This document shows positions 26,819-40,523 of a stretch of 64,000 bases of DNA, piece after piece; position 1 is the first letter of the stretch; each line of letters starts with the position of its first letter. Position numbers and translations under genes: made by a program. Origin of the DNA: Bugula neritina (taxonomy: Eukaryota > Animalia > Bryozoa). The notes below the pieces were generated by a model. The model was not told the origin of the DNA. It saw only the letters and a list, made by a program, of their open reading frames with translations, and searched no databases. Location of the stretch: NCBI GenBank assembly GCA_964035545.1, contig OZ037771.1:14383133-14447132 (forward strand). The letters run 5' to 3'.

Positions 26819-29800
26819 GTAAGTTAGATGATGTGTTGAATCCTACATCAATGTGTTTCTATGGTGTCAGTCAAGTTTGGACATTGTGGGTGACCGTAAC
26901 AATGTAGTTAAATGTTTGCGGTTAAATACACATACAAAACTTTAATTGCTCATAAATTTAAATACAGTCTTAAGTTACTAAACACCAAATGGCCAATTAT
27001 TGACTTTTTCCAATACAAATATGTTTTATTTTTTGTTTGATCTTTGCCATTTGAAGTGAAATATTTTATACAGAATAATTGCTCAAATAATTCCATTTCC
27101 TCAAACCGTGCCTTGCAACTGTTTGTAAAGTTTTATATTTAATGGAAAAAGAATGATTTCTTTGCACACTGAAAGCAAACACCTACAGTCCGCAGTTTGA
27201 ATTCTGCTGTACATGGTTTACTAGTTGGTGTCCAAGAGCCCATTGTACACAATTATATATTATTCTGAATTTCGTTTTAAAATAACAATAAAAGTTTCCC
27301 TTACCTTTGTCTTGCCAAAGGCTGTTTAAAACATTTTGTTGAGGTGTCTACAGTTGTTGAAACTTTGTTGACACCCAGTAGAGGTGCTTATTAATGTCAT
27401 ATAAAGGTCACCCCACAATGGACAGACATGGCAGCTACTAGAAACACTTTGAGGCCCGTCAGCATGTTGGTCTAGGTTGCACACATTTCTATGTCTGCGT
27501 TTCTGTCACGAAAACTAGTCCAGTAGTGTTGGTAGTTGTGTCCACATGTTAGAGTGAACTGACATAAATTAGTCAGTTAAAATACAGATTAACTGCAAGT
27601 TCATATTAACAGTACCGTTCTCAAGTGCTTATCATTTTATTAGTTGTACTTTCTAACACAAGGAAGTAATTTCTGGGCATATGTGTTTTAATGTTAGTTA
27701 AAACTGTATAGAATATAGATGCATGTTTCTGTAACGTATAGTATAGATTGTTTGTGCAAACTCACTCGTTTGTTCAGTTGTTTCAAGCATTAATCAAATT
27801 TAAAACCTTTATATTAAGCTGTATTAGCCATAATGTAATTCCTGTAAGAAGTTGGTTTGCTCATGTTGACAATAAAAACACAACATAGCAATTTAATGGG
27901 ATGTCCACTGTTTATTATTAGAGTGATTGAGCTCTAAACATTTGCTAAACACTAGTTTACTCATGAAATAGCAGCAAGAGGCTGTTGTCAACACAGTTTC
28001 TTGAGGTTAAGGCTGTTGTACTGTCTCTATACTGAATGTAGAATTGTCATTTCAGTCTTACCACTTAGTTTTACCATGATTACTACAGACCTAACACTTT
28101 AGCTTTTGCTCTATTCATAAAGTTATTAGAGGGGGAATAACTCTAAATTTTGTTTTCTACTGTTTTGTTTGAGTTTTTGACTAAATGTAATGGGATTTAT
28201 ATACATAAACTAAGCTGTTATGACTCTTTAAAATAGCAGACTGTATGCATATGACTTAGCAGTGTTGTATTATGTTGCATGCATTTTAGAGTAGATAACT
28301 CCACAATCAACTCAATAGACTTAGTCCTCTAATATAGTGACAACAACCTATGCAGCAGCTCATATGATCAATTAAAAATCATTAAAAATTTAAAAATAAC
28401 ATTTTTATTGACAAGTAGAACTTTTTATTATAGATTAATTGATACTAACACATTGTTGTGGTAAAACCACCATTAAACTACTATTCAAAAAGCTACAGAG
28501 CTTTTTTAGTTTTGTAAAAAAGTTGAATGCCTAAAACTTTCTTTTATTATTTTCACTCCTAAATTATTTGATAGTAAAGATGTAAATGTAGTATTTGGCT
28601 GCAATCAATAAAGTAAACTATGTTGCTAGCTAATTATTAAACCAATTATATTATTTATTATTGTTCCCACAGGGATTTGTTTTATTGTAAAATGTAGAAC
28701 AAATAATATAACGCTGAAACTCAGAGCTTATAAGCTGCCTGAAGCGCTGCTAATACTATTTATAATCATTAACTACTTTCAACTCATGTGAAACTGCCTT
28801 GACCTGTGACGCAATGCTGCCGGGGAATTTTGGTGGGAACACTATTGTCAGTTAATTGTTTCTCCCATTACTAATGCAAAAATGTGCTGTCATTTTTGCT
28901 TGAAAGGTGCTTTTCTTGCCTATATTAATTATTTAAGGACTGAAGGTATAAGTATAAGAACAGGTGGGCCAACTATATGAGGGCAGGTGGTCTACGTCTA
29001 AAGGTTGCCGGTCCAGCTATAGAGACAGGTGGTCCAGGTCTGTAAGATTCAATCATTCAGGACCTGTTTCCTGTCTGAGATAAGGTATCATAGCGCAACT
29101 TTCCGCACAGTTGCATGATGTATTCAGCTAATCGTGATTTTAATAGCTGCACACAAAGTTACTAAATTAGTGTTATTTCCCTGCTTTGTTCGTTTACAGA
29201 CTTCTGAACTAATATCTCTGTTTATAATTGCAGAGGAGTTTTTTGATTATAATTCACTGTAGATTGCAACTTTACCTAGGGAGTTGCTATTCCCTTGTAT
29301 TAGTAAGCAAGAACGTTTACTATTTGGATTCAAAAACACTTTATAGTTGTTATACTTGACTTTAAAATTTTCAATTAATTAAAATATGAAAACAGCTTTA
29401 AACAGTAGTTTTAAATAGTTGTTTTCACTTGTTTTAACTTTGGTAGAAAATGTTTTATTGCGTTGCAACTGACTAAAGGAAAAGCATAAGTTTAATCTAT
29501 CAGCTAGATGTATACATTAACATATATAATAATTAATAACTATATACTCTATAACACTTCAATTAATAAAACTGCTTTCACTCAACTTGTATTCAAGGTA
29601 GTAAACAATTTTGCATAAATTTAGCGAAGTTAAAGGCCATATTTTTGTGAGTTTATAGTTTTAGCTATTAAAATCTCAAAAAGCAAGTGAAAACGTTTGA
29701 GACCGTTTTTCGCGCAAATTGACAACCCTAAAATGGGACAACTCCTTAGAGTCACTCACATCAAAAATTGTATTGTTTCAACAGAGGGCATTGTATTGTA

Positions 29801-30014
29801 TTGATATTGTCCTTAAGCATATATAATGACAATCAATAGAGAGACAAACATAGTAGATGCGCCATTGGCAGCTATAGCTACTTGTCAAATACAATGTTAT
29901 GTTATTACTGGAAATGATGACTGAGATGGTAGCCGTCATGTCAGCTAGTTTACGTTGTGTCATCTAGTCTGCTTTCTACTTGTGTGTTTAGCTTCTATCA
30001 AAGAGAAATCCAAG

Positions 30015-30017
30015 ATG
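30015..30017 (+). CDS. Candidate exon contributing only the initiator ATG
   Basis: caagATG|gtgagt consensus donor, phase 0. Confidence 0.4.
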
Positions 30018-31582
30018 GTGAGTATAGCGTTACTAAAAATCGCTTGGAGAAGGAAAAATTTAAAAATGCTTATTTAAAAGTTAACAAGTTTTCTTAAATA
30101 AGGACAAGTAGAATCATAATATTTCTGTATCATTGAATGTTTGAAAAAAGCAAAGTTTAAATTAATTCTTATAAAAAATCGAACTATAAATTAGGTTGAA
30201 GCATGAAAAAAAATATTTTATGAAAATCTTAGTATTGCTTTTTTACCATACCACAATTTTTAACTTACGATGAAATTAATAGCTAACTAGCACTAGTCAC
30301 CAGAATTAATGACTTATATAGTACCATAGTTATAACTAACACTATAGTACTAGTTAGTAGTACTAAAGTTATCTTTCACTACAACTGTTATGTGGAAAGT
30401 TTCAATATGTCAAGCCTTTACTCTGTTGCAATAAAATCTAATGATTTATATTTCAAAAGTTTCAATAGAAGCTGGTTTGCCAACATCTTTAGAGTTTAGA
30501 GTATGTAGGATGCGTAATTGTCTTCTCTTTCCAGTATGAAATAAGCTCAAAAAGAGGTTTTTGCACCAAATAAGCTTATGATGTAGCATACAGTGTATGC
30601 TAGGTATACTTGTGCATAGCTTTTAATATTGTAACAGTTTCACTGTTTCTAGAAAATGTTTTTTTTGGTTTGCTGGGTACAGTCAATGCATCTAGTAGCA
30701 TGCTCTCACTTGCTATGTAGGTAACCACTGTAATAAACCACTATAAATCATCATTAATTAATTTGTTAATAAAAAAGTTATATTTATTGTGTTTATTAGT
30801 AGACTTTTTGTTCTACAAACTGATGAATATTGCCTCAATTTATTTCCTCTTGCTAAAACTCTTTACTGGTGAGTAAGTGTGGTTGTAGTCATTGTCCAAT
30901 AAGAAGACTGCAGGTAAAATCTATTCTAGCTTTCACTGAGCAAACTAGCCCATGTTTGCCAATCAATGAATAATCCATGAGAACAATAGCTGCTGTAATG
31001 TGTTTAAGGATTTGAGATCATTAAAACAATTAGATGCTGTTTGCATTACGCTCATTGTGATTGCTCAATACGTCTCTTCTGCTCCCCTCTACCTGTCTGC
31101 TAGTACAAATCTATCTTTCTAGGGAGCAAGTACAGACGCAAACTTGAATAAACAAATTATTTTAAAACATATATTTCTCATAAAGTGTCTTGACTTGATA
31201 CCCATATAAGTGTTGAATCTCCCTAGTCATTGCAGTTTCTATAACATTCTTAAATCCAAGGCTAATATATACATACATCTAAGGCTAAATCTCATGTAAT
31301 ATACGCATAGACAGCAATGTTTACACTGTTGCATATAATGCTGCATATTTGTATGTACATTCTAATATTTTCAAACTAAAATATAGCCTTCAGCCTGTAG
31401 GATATTGCAATTAGTTTACTGATACTTTTAATCAATCAATTTATTAGATTATTTGCTATTATTAATTACATAAATGTAGTGAGAGAGGTCACGTATAGAT
31501 GGCAGGTTTAGGACATTCAGTGCCGTAGGTCTGTTTGAAACAGCTCTGCTTAGGGTGTTTGTCCGTTCTATACTGAATAAGC

Positions 31583-31636
31583 ATGGATTACCTGAAGAAA
31601 GGGTACAGAAAACATGGAGCTCCAGGCAGATCTGAG
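31583..31636 (+). CDS. Candidate alternative first exon (MDYLKKGYRKHGAPGRSE)
   Basis: agcATGG...GAG|gttaga; phase 0; basic peptide. Confidence 0.35.
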
Positions 31637-31859
31637 GTTAGAACTGGTGATGAGCGTAGCATTTTGATTGGAAGACTTTGTTTGAGCTGTGTATTTAGGT
31701 CTTTGCAGGTGGCATGTATAATAGAGTAGGTAGGTGTAAGTGTCAAAAGCATGTGATAGGATACAGTTGTGAGTAGGTGTGTAGTTAGAATTATATAGTA
31801 TATAATAGGTATATATATGTCACAAGCATATAGAGTAGGGTAGGTTTAAGTATAAGTAT

Positions 31860-31917
31860 ATGGGGCACAGGAGCAATTATGACTGGATGCTCTTCCTAAC
31901 ATCACCAATAGCCTTTG
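31860..31917 (-). mobile_element. SINE fragment (central body only)
   Basis: Reverse complement of the ggccattggtgatgttaggaagagcatccagtcataattgctcctgtgcc body. Confidence 0.75.
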
Positions 31918-33800
31918 AGGTTATTTAATTAGAAATGATTTGTTTTTGAGATGACAGAGAACTCTCTAGATGTATTAATTATAGATTGGGTTTGTTCAAC
32001 TCTGGGTCTCTCTAAGTCACTACATAGTTCTGAGTTTATTCTTTTTGAAGTGAAGTTTTGAATGCTTTCAAATATTGAAACACATTGAATATTTGGTAAA
32101 TAATGACAAAAAGGAAGTTTCCACGCCGTCAGTGATTACAACATGGTTATTGATTGTTGACAGCGTTAAATGAATTGTTGCCAGTATTGAATGAGTACGA
32201 AGTAATGAATCTATAAAATATGGTGAATAAATGATTTGTTTACTTCTTGTTATGCTGGTGAGCTGTACACAAGTGATAAGGCCATTGATGATAACAATAG
32301 GCTACTATATAATAACCATAACATCAATAATTACTCTATTTTCATAAAAATTACTGCTTGTTTTGAACCGGGAACACAATTCAAGTTTCATAATAATTTG
32401 TGCTTAACAAACTGGTGTTGTTGCTATAGCTTGCGTTTAAAAATTATATTTGTAATTCTTGACTTGTGAAAAGCTGGCGTAATATTATTTGCCCATCTCT
32501 ATTATAATAGTACACAAACTAATAGTTTTCAATTTTATACAATAAAGGGCGCTTTTGCAAGTTTCGGGATTCTGCCATTTCTCAAAACTGCTGTAAAATA
32601 TCGCTGACATCAACCCTAAAATTGTTAATGTAATTTGCTAACAAACTGCATGCATATATTAAAGTGAAAATCATTTGAAAAAGTACTAATTGAAGACGGA
32701 ATTTATTTTTAAAATAAATTAAAAAATAAATGTTTTAGCTTGTGTATATATTTTAATCTAAAGGAGCAGTGTAATTTAATGGTTTATAATATAGCTATAA
32801 ATGTATCAACAATACTGCATTCACTTTTCTAGTATAATCACAATTCCTATAGTAAGTATTATTTGCAAACGAGTAATTAAAAGCTTGTGGCTTCTAATAC
32901 TATTTTAACAATACGGTTATTGCACCAGATTATTTACAGTTTGACTAACTCAATAGCTGCTTATGGCATCTTAAGAATTTACACTAATATAATATTTGTT
33001 GAGCTAAGTGCGCGTAAGGCCTAATCTTTCCAATTCCTTTGTATTGTTTTAATTGAACACTTTAATATGAAATAAATTCTTTAGTTATTAAAAGAAGAAT
33101 AAACTGGTTCGTGACATTAGCTGTTTTGATAAAAATACTCCTAGAAGGGGAGAAAGTTTACCTTCAAAGTTGATTATATTTATCAATCATGCTGAGCTTA
33201 ATTGAAATGACATTTCAGTTTTTAAAGAGTCTTGAAACATATTGTTGGTTACTCTAAACTGCTTAACAACTTTTGAGTTTTTGCTAAGTGCATATGCTTA
33301 CACTGGACTGAAGATTTTGCAAACAAGGTACTGTCTCAGCTGCTACAGTTTTTCTCAGCTTTACATTAGATACTTCAAGGGCTGTGATATGTAATTAAGA
33401 TTGTAGCTACGGATTTTTATTGTAGAGTTGATGAGAGGAAAGGGATTTCTTTTTGAAACTTATCTCTCATATAATTAGAAATAATGTGCTGATTAGTGTT
33501 AATTTTTAGTTGGTTATAGACACTTTGCCTCCCACTGTTTGAAACTAGGATGGGCTGATTCTAGAAAATTTGAAATTTTGTATTCTAGTTGAAGAAGTTA
33601 TTGAACTTACTAACTTACGTTATATATTTTGATACTTTACTTAGCAGAATGGTTAGGGTAAGCTAGCAAGTTCCAAGGCAAACTTATGCAGAAAATATTT
33701 TTTGATAAAAATAAGTTTGTTATTATATTATAACAATTTAAATTTATTATAATAATATTATAAACAAAGTTAGATGAAAATCTCAAAGTATATGCTCTTA

Positions 33801-33927
33801 TAGTGACATCATGTGCTAGTGACATCATGTGTTAGTGACATCACGTGCTTGTGACATCATGTGTTAGTGACATCATGTGCTAGTGACATTATGTGCTAGT
33901 GACATTATGTGCTAGTGACATCATGTG
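33801..33927. repeat. 16-bp minisatellite (tagtgacatcatgtgc)
   Basis: About 8 tandem units. Confidence 0.9.
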
Positions 33928-34446
33928 CATGTACTCCAGGCTTTTAATAAAGCAGCCTGAATTACACAGCACTCTTTTATAAGTATTGATTAAAGTTGTG
34001 ACCATCGCCTACGTCAAATGATACTGCATCCTATATAAGTTGTTTAGGTTTCCAATTTTTTTATTTTTACATGCATTAGAACCCACATCCTAGCTTTCCC
34101 TCGCATTGGGAAAAATTAGATTGTTCTGACATATATTCTAAGCAGTATGTTCCAGGCAGCATTTTATAAGCAGCATGTTTTATAGGCAGAGTATTGAGTA
34201 CCCCACTGCAACATTAGTGTCAGCATAGAATATTAAATTTCTATAACTACAAACTTTGGCAATTATTTGCTCAACAATTGTCTTGGGAGCTATAATTGAG
34301 TAAACTGTCAGTTAGCAAACAATTTTGATTTTATAATACAAATATCATTCACATACTGGCCTCTGTCTACAGTGCATTTTCCTTTAACTTCTATAGCGGC
34401 TTTCGTCTCTAGTATATCTATAGTAGTAAAACCACTAGCGGTGAGG

Positions 34447-34533
34447 ATGCCTCTACAGAAATCTAGGCAATCCAGGCGTAAGAAAGTTATAATTGGTAGC
34501 AGGTTTAGGAGTAAGAGTAGAGCTCTCATGCCT
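34447..34533 (+). CDS. Candidate alternative first exon (MPLQKSRQSRRKKVIIGSRFRSKSRALMP)
   Basis: aggATG...CCT|gtaagt; phase 0; Arg/Lys-rich. Confidence 0.6.
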
Positions 34534-34654
34534 GTAAGTATAGTTTAAAAAAGTAAGTATAGTTTAGAAAAGTAAGTTTATTTTAAAAAGGTAAATATAG
34601 TTCACAAAGGTAAGTCTAGTTCAAAAAGGTAAGTCTAGTCTATAAAAGTAAGTA
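34534..34654 (+). repeat. 19-bp tandem repeat whose unit begins with the splice-donor hexamer GTAAGT
   Basis: Units start at 34534, 34553, 34572, 34591 (gtaaat), 34610, 34629 and 34648. Confidence 0.9.
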
Positions 34655-36698
34655 TTCTATATTAGGAAGAGAAGTCTAGATTGAGATTGCTATTGCATAA
34701 CTTTTGTCAAATTCTCTGTTTTAAAGCAATACATCTTCTGATTATGTAAACCGGATTTTCAAAGAGGAGACAAATCTAGATTTGACTTATTAGTTTTTGA
34801 AAAATATAGCCTCAGTCTTTTGTAAAAAGTTGTCATATGTTTGGGTGCTTAGACTACTATGTTAGTCTAAGCAGACATTTGGGTATTTTTCACTAGAGTT
34901 GTCTGCACAATGTTGGACTTTGATCATTTCTTATAGAGTTAATGATAATTAAAATAACTGGGTTTGCTAATTCCTTCCAAGTTTTAGTTGTTAAAGTATA
35001 TAGGATATAATTACGGATAAGTGAGTAAAGCTCTACATACTAAATTCTAGCTGTTACAATGCTTCCCTCCATCAGCAAATCTTTGTGGTGATCTTATATG
35101 CTTTCTGTTAATTATTCGCTTCCAATCAATTAACTACGAGTTTATAATAAATGTGTTCAGTTTTTGTTTCAAGTTTGACTTAATTCTGAGTCTACTCTTG
35201 TGACTGTGAGGCACATTTGTTACAATCTCTTCGTACAAAGTACTTCATAGGGCAGAGTACATTCGATATTTATAGGATACTTACTATATACTTACTATAC
35301 AGAACGTACCATATACACTACTTACTACACACTTAGTATATTATACAGAACCTACCATGTACATTACTTACTGTACCTACTATATACTATAATATATACT
35401 TACCACATACAGAACTTACTATATATATTACTTATACTATAATTACTATACTTATTACATATACTATCATATTATATACTTAATATATTTACTATACAAT
35501 TACTTACAGCACTAACCATATAAATTACTTACTATAATATGTAGTACTTACTGTATATATTTGCAATATGATACTTACTAATACTTACTATATACTTTAC
35601 TTGCCGTTACTATGTATGCTCATAATAACATTAATGACTGCATGCACTGACTATACTTACTATATATTTGCATACCATGATAGCTTACTATTTACTTGTT
35701 ACGTGCATACTGTAGACTTACTACAGTATATATACTAAAATTATACTTACTGTATATTGCTAGGATTTGATATTACAAATATACCTCAATAGATATGCCT
35801 ACAATTATTAAGGCAAGTATTTTTCCCCTTATCAAGACTTACAAATTTATTTCTTTGTATAATCAAATATCCACAAAATTATATTGTATTGTAAAATAAT
35901 GTGTAATGTAAAATCATTTTGAGATTTGATTGCATATAAACCACACAGTCATAGTCAGGTGTTTGGTGTTGTGACTAAGTAGCTGTTTTGCTGAGTGACT
36001 GAGTCACTACTGAAATATGTGACCGGGTAACTCTGTGACTGAATGACTAAAAAACCGCCTGATTATGAATGTGTGGCTATCTACAATAACTGGATGACTG
36101 AGTGACCACTTGACTAAGTGACTGTGTGACTGAATGTCCCAAAAACAGTGACCTAATTAGTAACTATATAAATAACTGTAGGAAAAACCTTTGAGGGTAA
36201 ACTTTAGAAGCATGCGTGAAAGCATAATGAACACCAATGTATTTACTTTGTTTGTTGGGTACATGTCGTAAAGTTACATGCTTGCATATAATATTGTGTT
36301 GTTTCCATAACTCCAGGTTCTCATATCTTCTTGCCTACCTTGACACAGTGTCTGTTTATATTTGAGCTTTGGCTGAAACCTTAATCTTACTTTCACAACC
36401 TTGTATTCAAAAAATAAACAAGCATTCAATTCATGCCAAATTTTCTTCCTTTATTTATAAATTTTAATCTGTTTGATCTATAAATCACAAGTGTGTTAAG
36501 CCGACTTGTCCAAAATCAAAATCAAATATACTTATACTTGAATTTTATTTAACCGAGTTATTAAATTTTGTAAAGAGCTTCTTGTCTTACTGGCATATTT
36601 GAAATAAATCTCACCCCAACTGTTATTTGAACATTGCTCTGCAACGCTGCCAGCAGCAACACTGCTCTCTCTGGCACTTGTTTAGTTTCACATTAGTC

Positions 36699-36794
36699 AT
36701 GGTTCGGCACGGTATTCGCCTGAGGAGGGCCAAGAAAAATAGGTCATCCAACAGTAAGCCCAGTAAATCAAACAAAGCCAGGTCTGGCAAGGGG
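36699..36794 (+). CDS. Candidate alternative first exon (MVRHGIRLRRAKKNRSSNSKPSKSNKARSGKG)
   Basis: gtcATGG...GGG|gtgagt; phase 0; Arg/Lys-rich. Confidence 0.6.
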
Positions 36795-37037
36795 GTGAGT
36801 CATGCTGTTCTCAATGGGGTTGATCTGTCCAGCCCACTGAACTGAAACTATAATAGTTCAATAGTTCATTATAGTTCAACTCCACTCTGTATATTATATA
36901 TAAGTGTTTCTAGGTAAGATAACTCTAAGGAACTCTCTGTTGCTATTAGGTTTCACTCTATCTGCTTTTCTTTGTTGTGTTGAGCTGCAGAGTTTTGTAG
37001 CGAAGAGATCAATAAATTTACTGTGTTGTAGAAGGGG

Positions 37038-37136
37038 ATGTCTGGCCGGAGACGTCAAGGGGGAGCTCGTCACAACCCCCATCAGAGGAGCAAGCATGGA
37101 CACACCTCTTCCAAGCACAAAGGAGTGAAACCTACG
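37038..37136 (+). CDS. Candidate first or internal exon (MSGRRRQGGARHNPHQRSKHGHTSSKHKGVKPT)
   Basis: ATG...ACG|gttagt, phase 0; an in-frame acceptor ttgtag at 37030-37031 also allows use as an internal exon from 37032. Confidence 0.55.
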
Positions 37137-37719
37137 GTTAGTTTGTTATGTGTCTCTTGTATTTCTGAAAAAACTGCTAGTGAAACCATGCATGTTTAGA
37201 GATTTGATGCCAACAATATTTTTGAAAAATTCACGTAGGAGAAGCACAAGAGAAACAGTGAGTTTCTTGCTTTATACAAGGTTATTTCATGAAACAATCA
37301 AAGCTGCCGATTAACATAGCAAAAAGAAGAAACAACTTCTTTTGGAATATCATTATTTTGTAACTTTCTTGAATTTTCTTTTTCATTGATATCACTTTCA
37401 ACATTAGTTAATTATGTGTGAAGGACTTTTATAGCAATTAACCTTTTTCTCATGCTGTCAGTGTAAGGCAGCATAAAAGTCTTTAGCTTAACAAGCTTAT
37501 GATCTGCAGGAATCATATCTTTTGTGATAACTTCATAAATTCACTTAATCTAGTCAGTTGTAGGTCTATTTATAAATTTTAGTCTTCTTGCATTGGGGTT
37601 GAATAAATATATATAAGCCCAGTTTTGAGGTCAACATTCTCTGGCATAAAGACGTTTTGACAGCTATCACCTGCTTTCAGATTATGTTATATTATCATAC
37701 ATTTTGACCTGTAATTCAG

Positions 37720-37800
37720 CGTTCCCCATTTGGCTTCATATGGGATGTGCCGCCAGTTGTACGTCCCTCAATTATTATGGGTGAACATCACAGCAAACGG
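37720..37800 (+). CDS. Candidate symmetric internal exon (RSPFGFIWDVPPVVRPSIIMGEHHSKR)
   Basis: aattcag acceptor and gtaatc donor; 81 nt; phase 0-0. Confidence 0.5.
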
Positions 37801-39379
37801 GTAATCAGTCTTTTGTATTAATTTTCACTCACATGTCTTCACTTCAGTTATGTTGAGTTACTCACTGTATCAAGTCATTCACTTTTTCACAGTCATGAGT
37901 TACTCACTGTATCAAGTCATTCACTTTCTCACAGTCATGAGTCATTTGTTACATTTGCCGAGTCTGTTAATTACTCAGCCATTGCTTCTATTTCAGTTTG
38001 CATTACACAGATAAATTGAAATTGTCTCACTCTTCATTATTTTTTTATTTTTTATTATGCTCAAAATCATTTCGCTGCAATCAAAATTAGTCACTCAAAC
38101 TTTGATTCACCCACAGTCACTCACAAATATATTTTCAATTGTTCAATAAGCTCATTCATGTTCACTTTCAATTGCCAGGCCACTCACAATCTTAATCTCA
38201 TCTTTTTGTTACTTATGCTTAATTTTTATCACCAGATTGATTACAGTAGTGACTCAAGTAGTGTATAGCACTTAAAATGCACTTTATACATATATATTGT
38301 TTCTCACAGGTTAAACATCTGTAAAATAAAACTTTTATGTTTAATTTTGCTTGCATGCCTGTAAGAAACTTTATTACATTTATTAAACTTAGCTTAAACA
38401 TTTTAATTTTAAGATTATCGTCTGTGACACAAAATTACTTGAGTCTTAATAATTTTAGCATGCGCTGGCTTATATTTGGTTATGAAATTACATGTTATGT
38501 AAAGTTTTAGTAATTTTTCTTTTCACTTCAAGTGTCTGCATGCTTTTCAAATGAATGATTAGAAGAAATAGGGATGGTGTAACGGCTACATTGATCATGA
38601 CAGAAGGTAGGATAACTCCAATAGACTGCAGTTTTAGCCAAAACATGTTTACTAAGGAGACAACCCTTAAAAGTTATTAATGTATTATACAATTAGTTTA
38701 CACTGTATAAAAATCGGTATCAAATGATTATAACTCAAATTATAAATTACTATAACTTTAAAATATTATATACATACTTTGGACATATTGTATAAATTGA
38801 AAACATTACCATTACTGTAACCATAATTTGTGAAAGAAACAACAATTAGCCTGATTTCTAGTTCTACCTATGTTGTTTGAAGTATTTATGCTACAAAAGT
38901 TTTACAAGAAATCGAAAATCATTTCACTTTTTATTATATAAAATTTGCAGTCATCTGTTTTTAGTACAGATAATTTAAAATTTTCAAAACAAATTTTAGT
39001 CCCATATACGTGGCCTTTGGAAATTGCCTTAAATGTAATAAAATGGTGTTTTGGAAGTATTACTTTTAGTCAAAAGCTTTGCTGTAAAATACAGCTTCGT
39101 AAAGTTGATGGAAAATGGGTTGTTTACAACTATATATAGGCTTAATATACATCTGATTGTTTATTACAAAAATATACTGAGGAATCTTCTTTTACAGTCC
39201 TCTAGGCATTTGGTAATTGACGGTTGCCGATGAAATACAGTCACTAATCACTGTCAGCAAATTAGAATATGAGTTGTAATTACTTCACTAATAGAGGCTG
39301 CTGCCACTGATGCTGCTTTTACTTTTACTTCTTACTTTATTCTATTTTATTGTCAGTTAGTTAAGCGTTTTGAGTCGAC

Positions 39380-39571
39380 ATGGGGAAACGACAGTGTGTT
39401 CAATATTCGAGCGTTAATCGAGGGTATTGGCTTCATCACCGACAGATGCTGCGGCTAAAACACTTTTCTAGTACTAGCAAATCACAGCTATTCTTAGATT
39501 CATCAAGAGATAAAAAACTTGAGCAATTTTTGCATTTTACTTCTTCGAATTCACGTCAATCGAGAAAAAGG
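39380..39571 (+). CDS. Candidate alternative first exon (MGKRQCVQ...NSRQSRKR)
   Basis: gacATGG, 64 open codons, AGG|gtaagt; phase 0. Confidence 0.6.
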
Positions 39572-40304
39572 GTAAGTTTATTCACGTTGCTGTTTTTCAA
39601 ATCGAAAAACTGCTCAACTAGTCAAACGAAGAAATTATGTTAGCTGTAATAAAACTAGGATATTGTTCTACCTTTTAATAACTGGGGAACATAACTCCAA
39701 AATAACGAGTTCACAGCACAATGTACAATCAATTTAATAGATTATTTGACTGTTTCAAAAGCATCTTTACAGACTGTTTTATTCTGCGTTTGCTTTCTCT
39801 ATTAATGTACTATTTGCTATAAGTCTATAAGATATGAGCTATTTTAGTGGATAAAACCACTTCCATTTATTAAGTTTATCAATCATTTACTTTGGAAATT
39901 AATAATACATGATCTAAGGTTGCAGTAGACTGCTGAAGCCGCATCCATTGGGCTTACTTCTAAAAATTGCTTTCGAATTAAAAGTGGAAATAATATTTAC
40001 AATCTGATCATTTGCCTGTTTGAATGTCAATTACCAAGAACCAACTTATATATGTGTAACTAATTATGTAAACTAACTGCAATGGATAATTAGAAAAGTC
40101 GTCAATAAGAATATTAACTGCATAATTACATCTTAAACTTATCATTTTGCTATCGGTCACTTGATGCTTTAACAACGATTTTCTAAAATACAGTGTCGTT
40201 GATTACATCCATGCTACTATTGCTGAATTTCGTTGGAAAACTACAAACTTCTTACTGTGGCCTAACCAGATTATACATTTGGTAAAAAAGTTGGGTAATC
40301 AGTG

Positions 40305-40523
40305 ATGTCTTCACAAACTCAACGTCGTAGACGAAGAAGGCGAATGAAGCGTAGAAAAGTGGATACTAAGTTGGAAACACCTCAAGTTCAAAACTCTGAA
40401 CTGCTTGAAAATGCGTCAGAACACAAAACTGTTGTGTTTGGGAAAGACATTATGTCAATACTTGTTAGGAAGGGCAATTCCAAATTTGAGACAAGATTAG
40501 ATAAACCTGTTATGCGATTTCAG
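40305..40523 (+). CDS. Candidate alternative first exon (MSSQTQRRRRRRRMKRRKV...MRFQ)
   Basis: 73 open codons; the poly-Arg run uses mixed codons, so it is not a simple repeat; CAG|gtaacc; phase 0. Confidence 0.65.

Noticed and set aside
30823-30868. Signal-peptide-like exon MNIASIYFLLLKLFT with a strong gtgagt donor
   Set aside because: It is phase 1, so incompatible with the phase-0 acceptors that follow. Its AT-rich composition explains the hydrophobicity; it may be a non-coding exon.
33801-33927. Short regular repeats (also 60452-60645 and 63867-63993) as possible CRISPR arrays
   Set aside because: Head-to-tail units without unique spacers, a eukaryotic intronic context and no cas genes.
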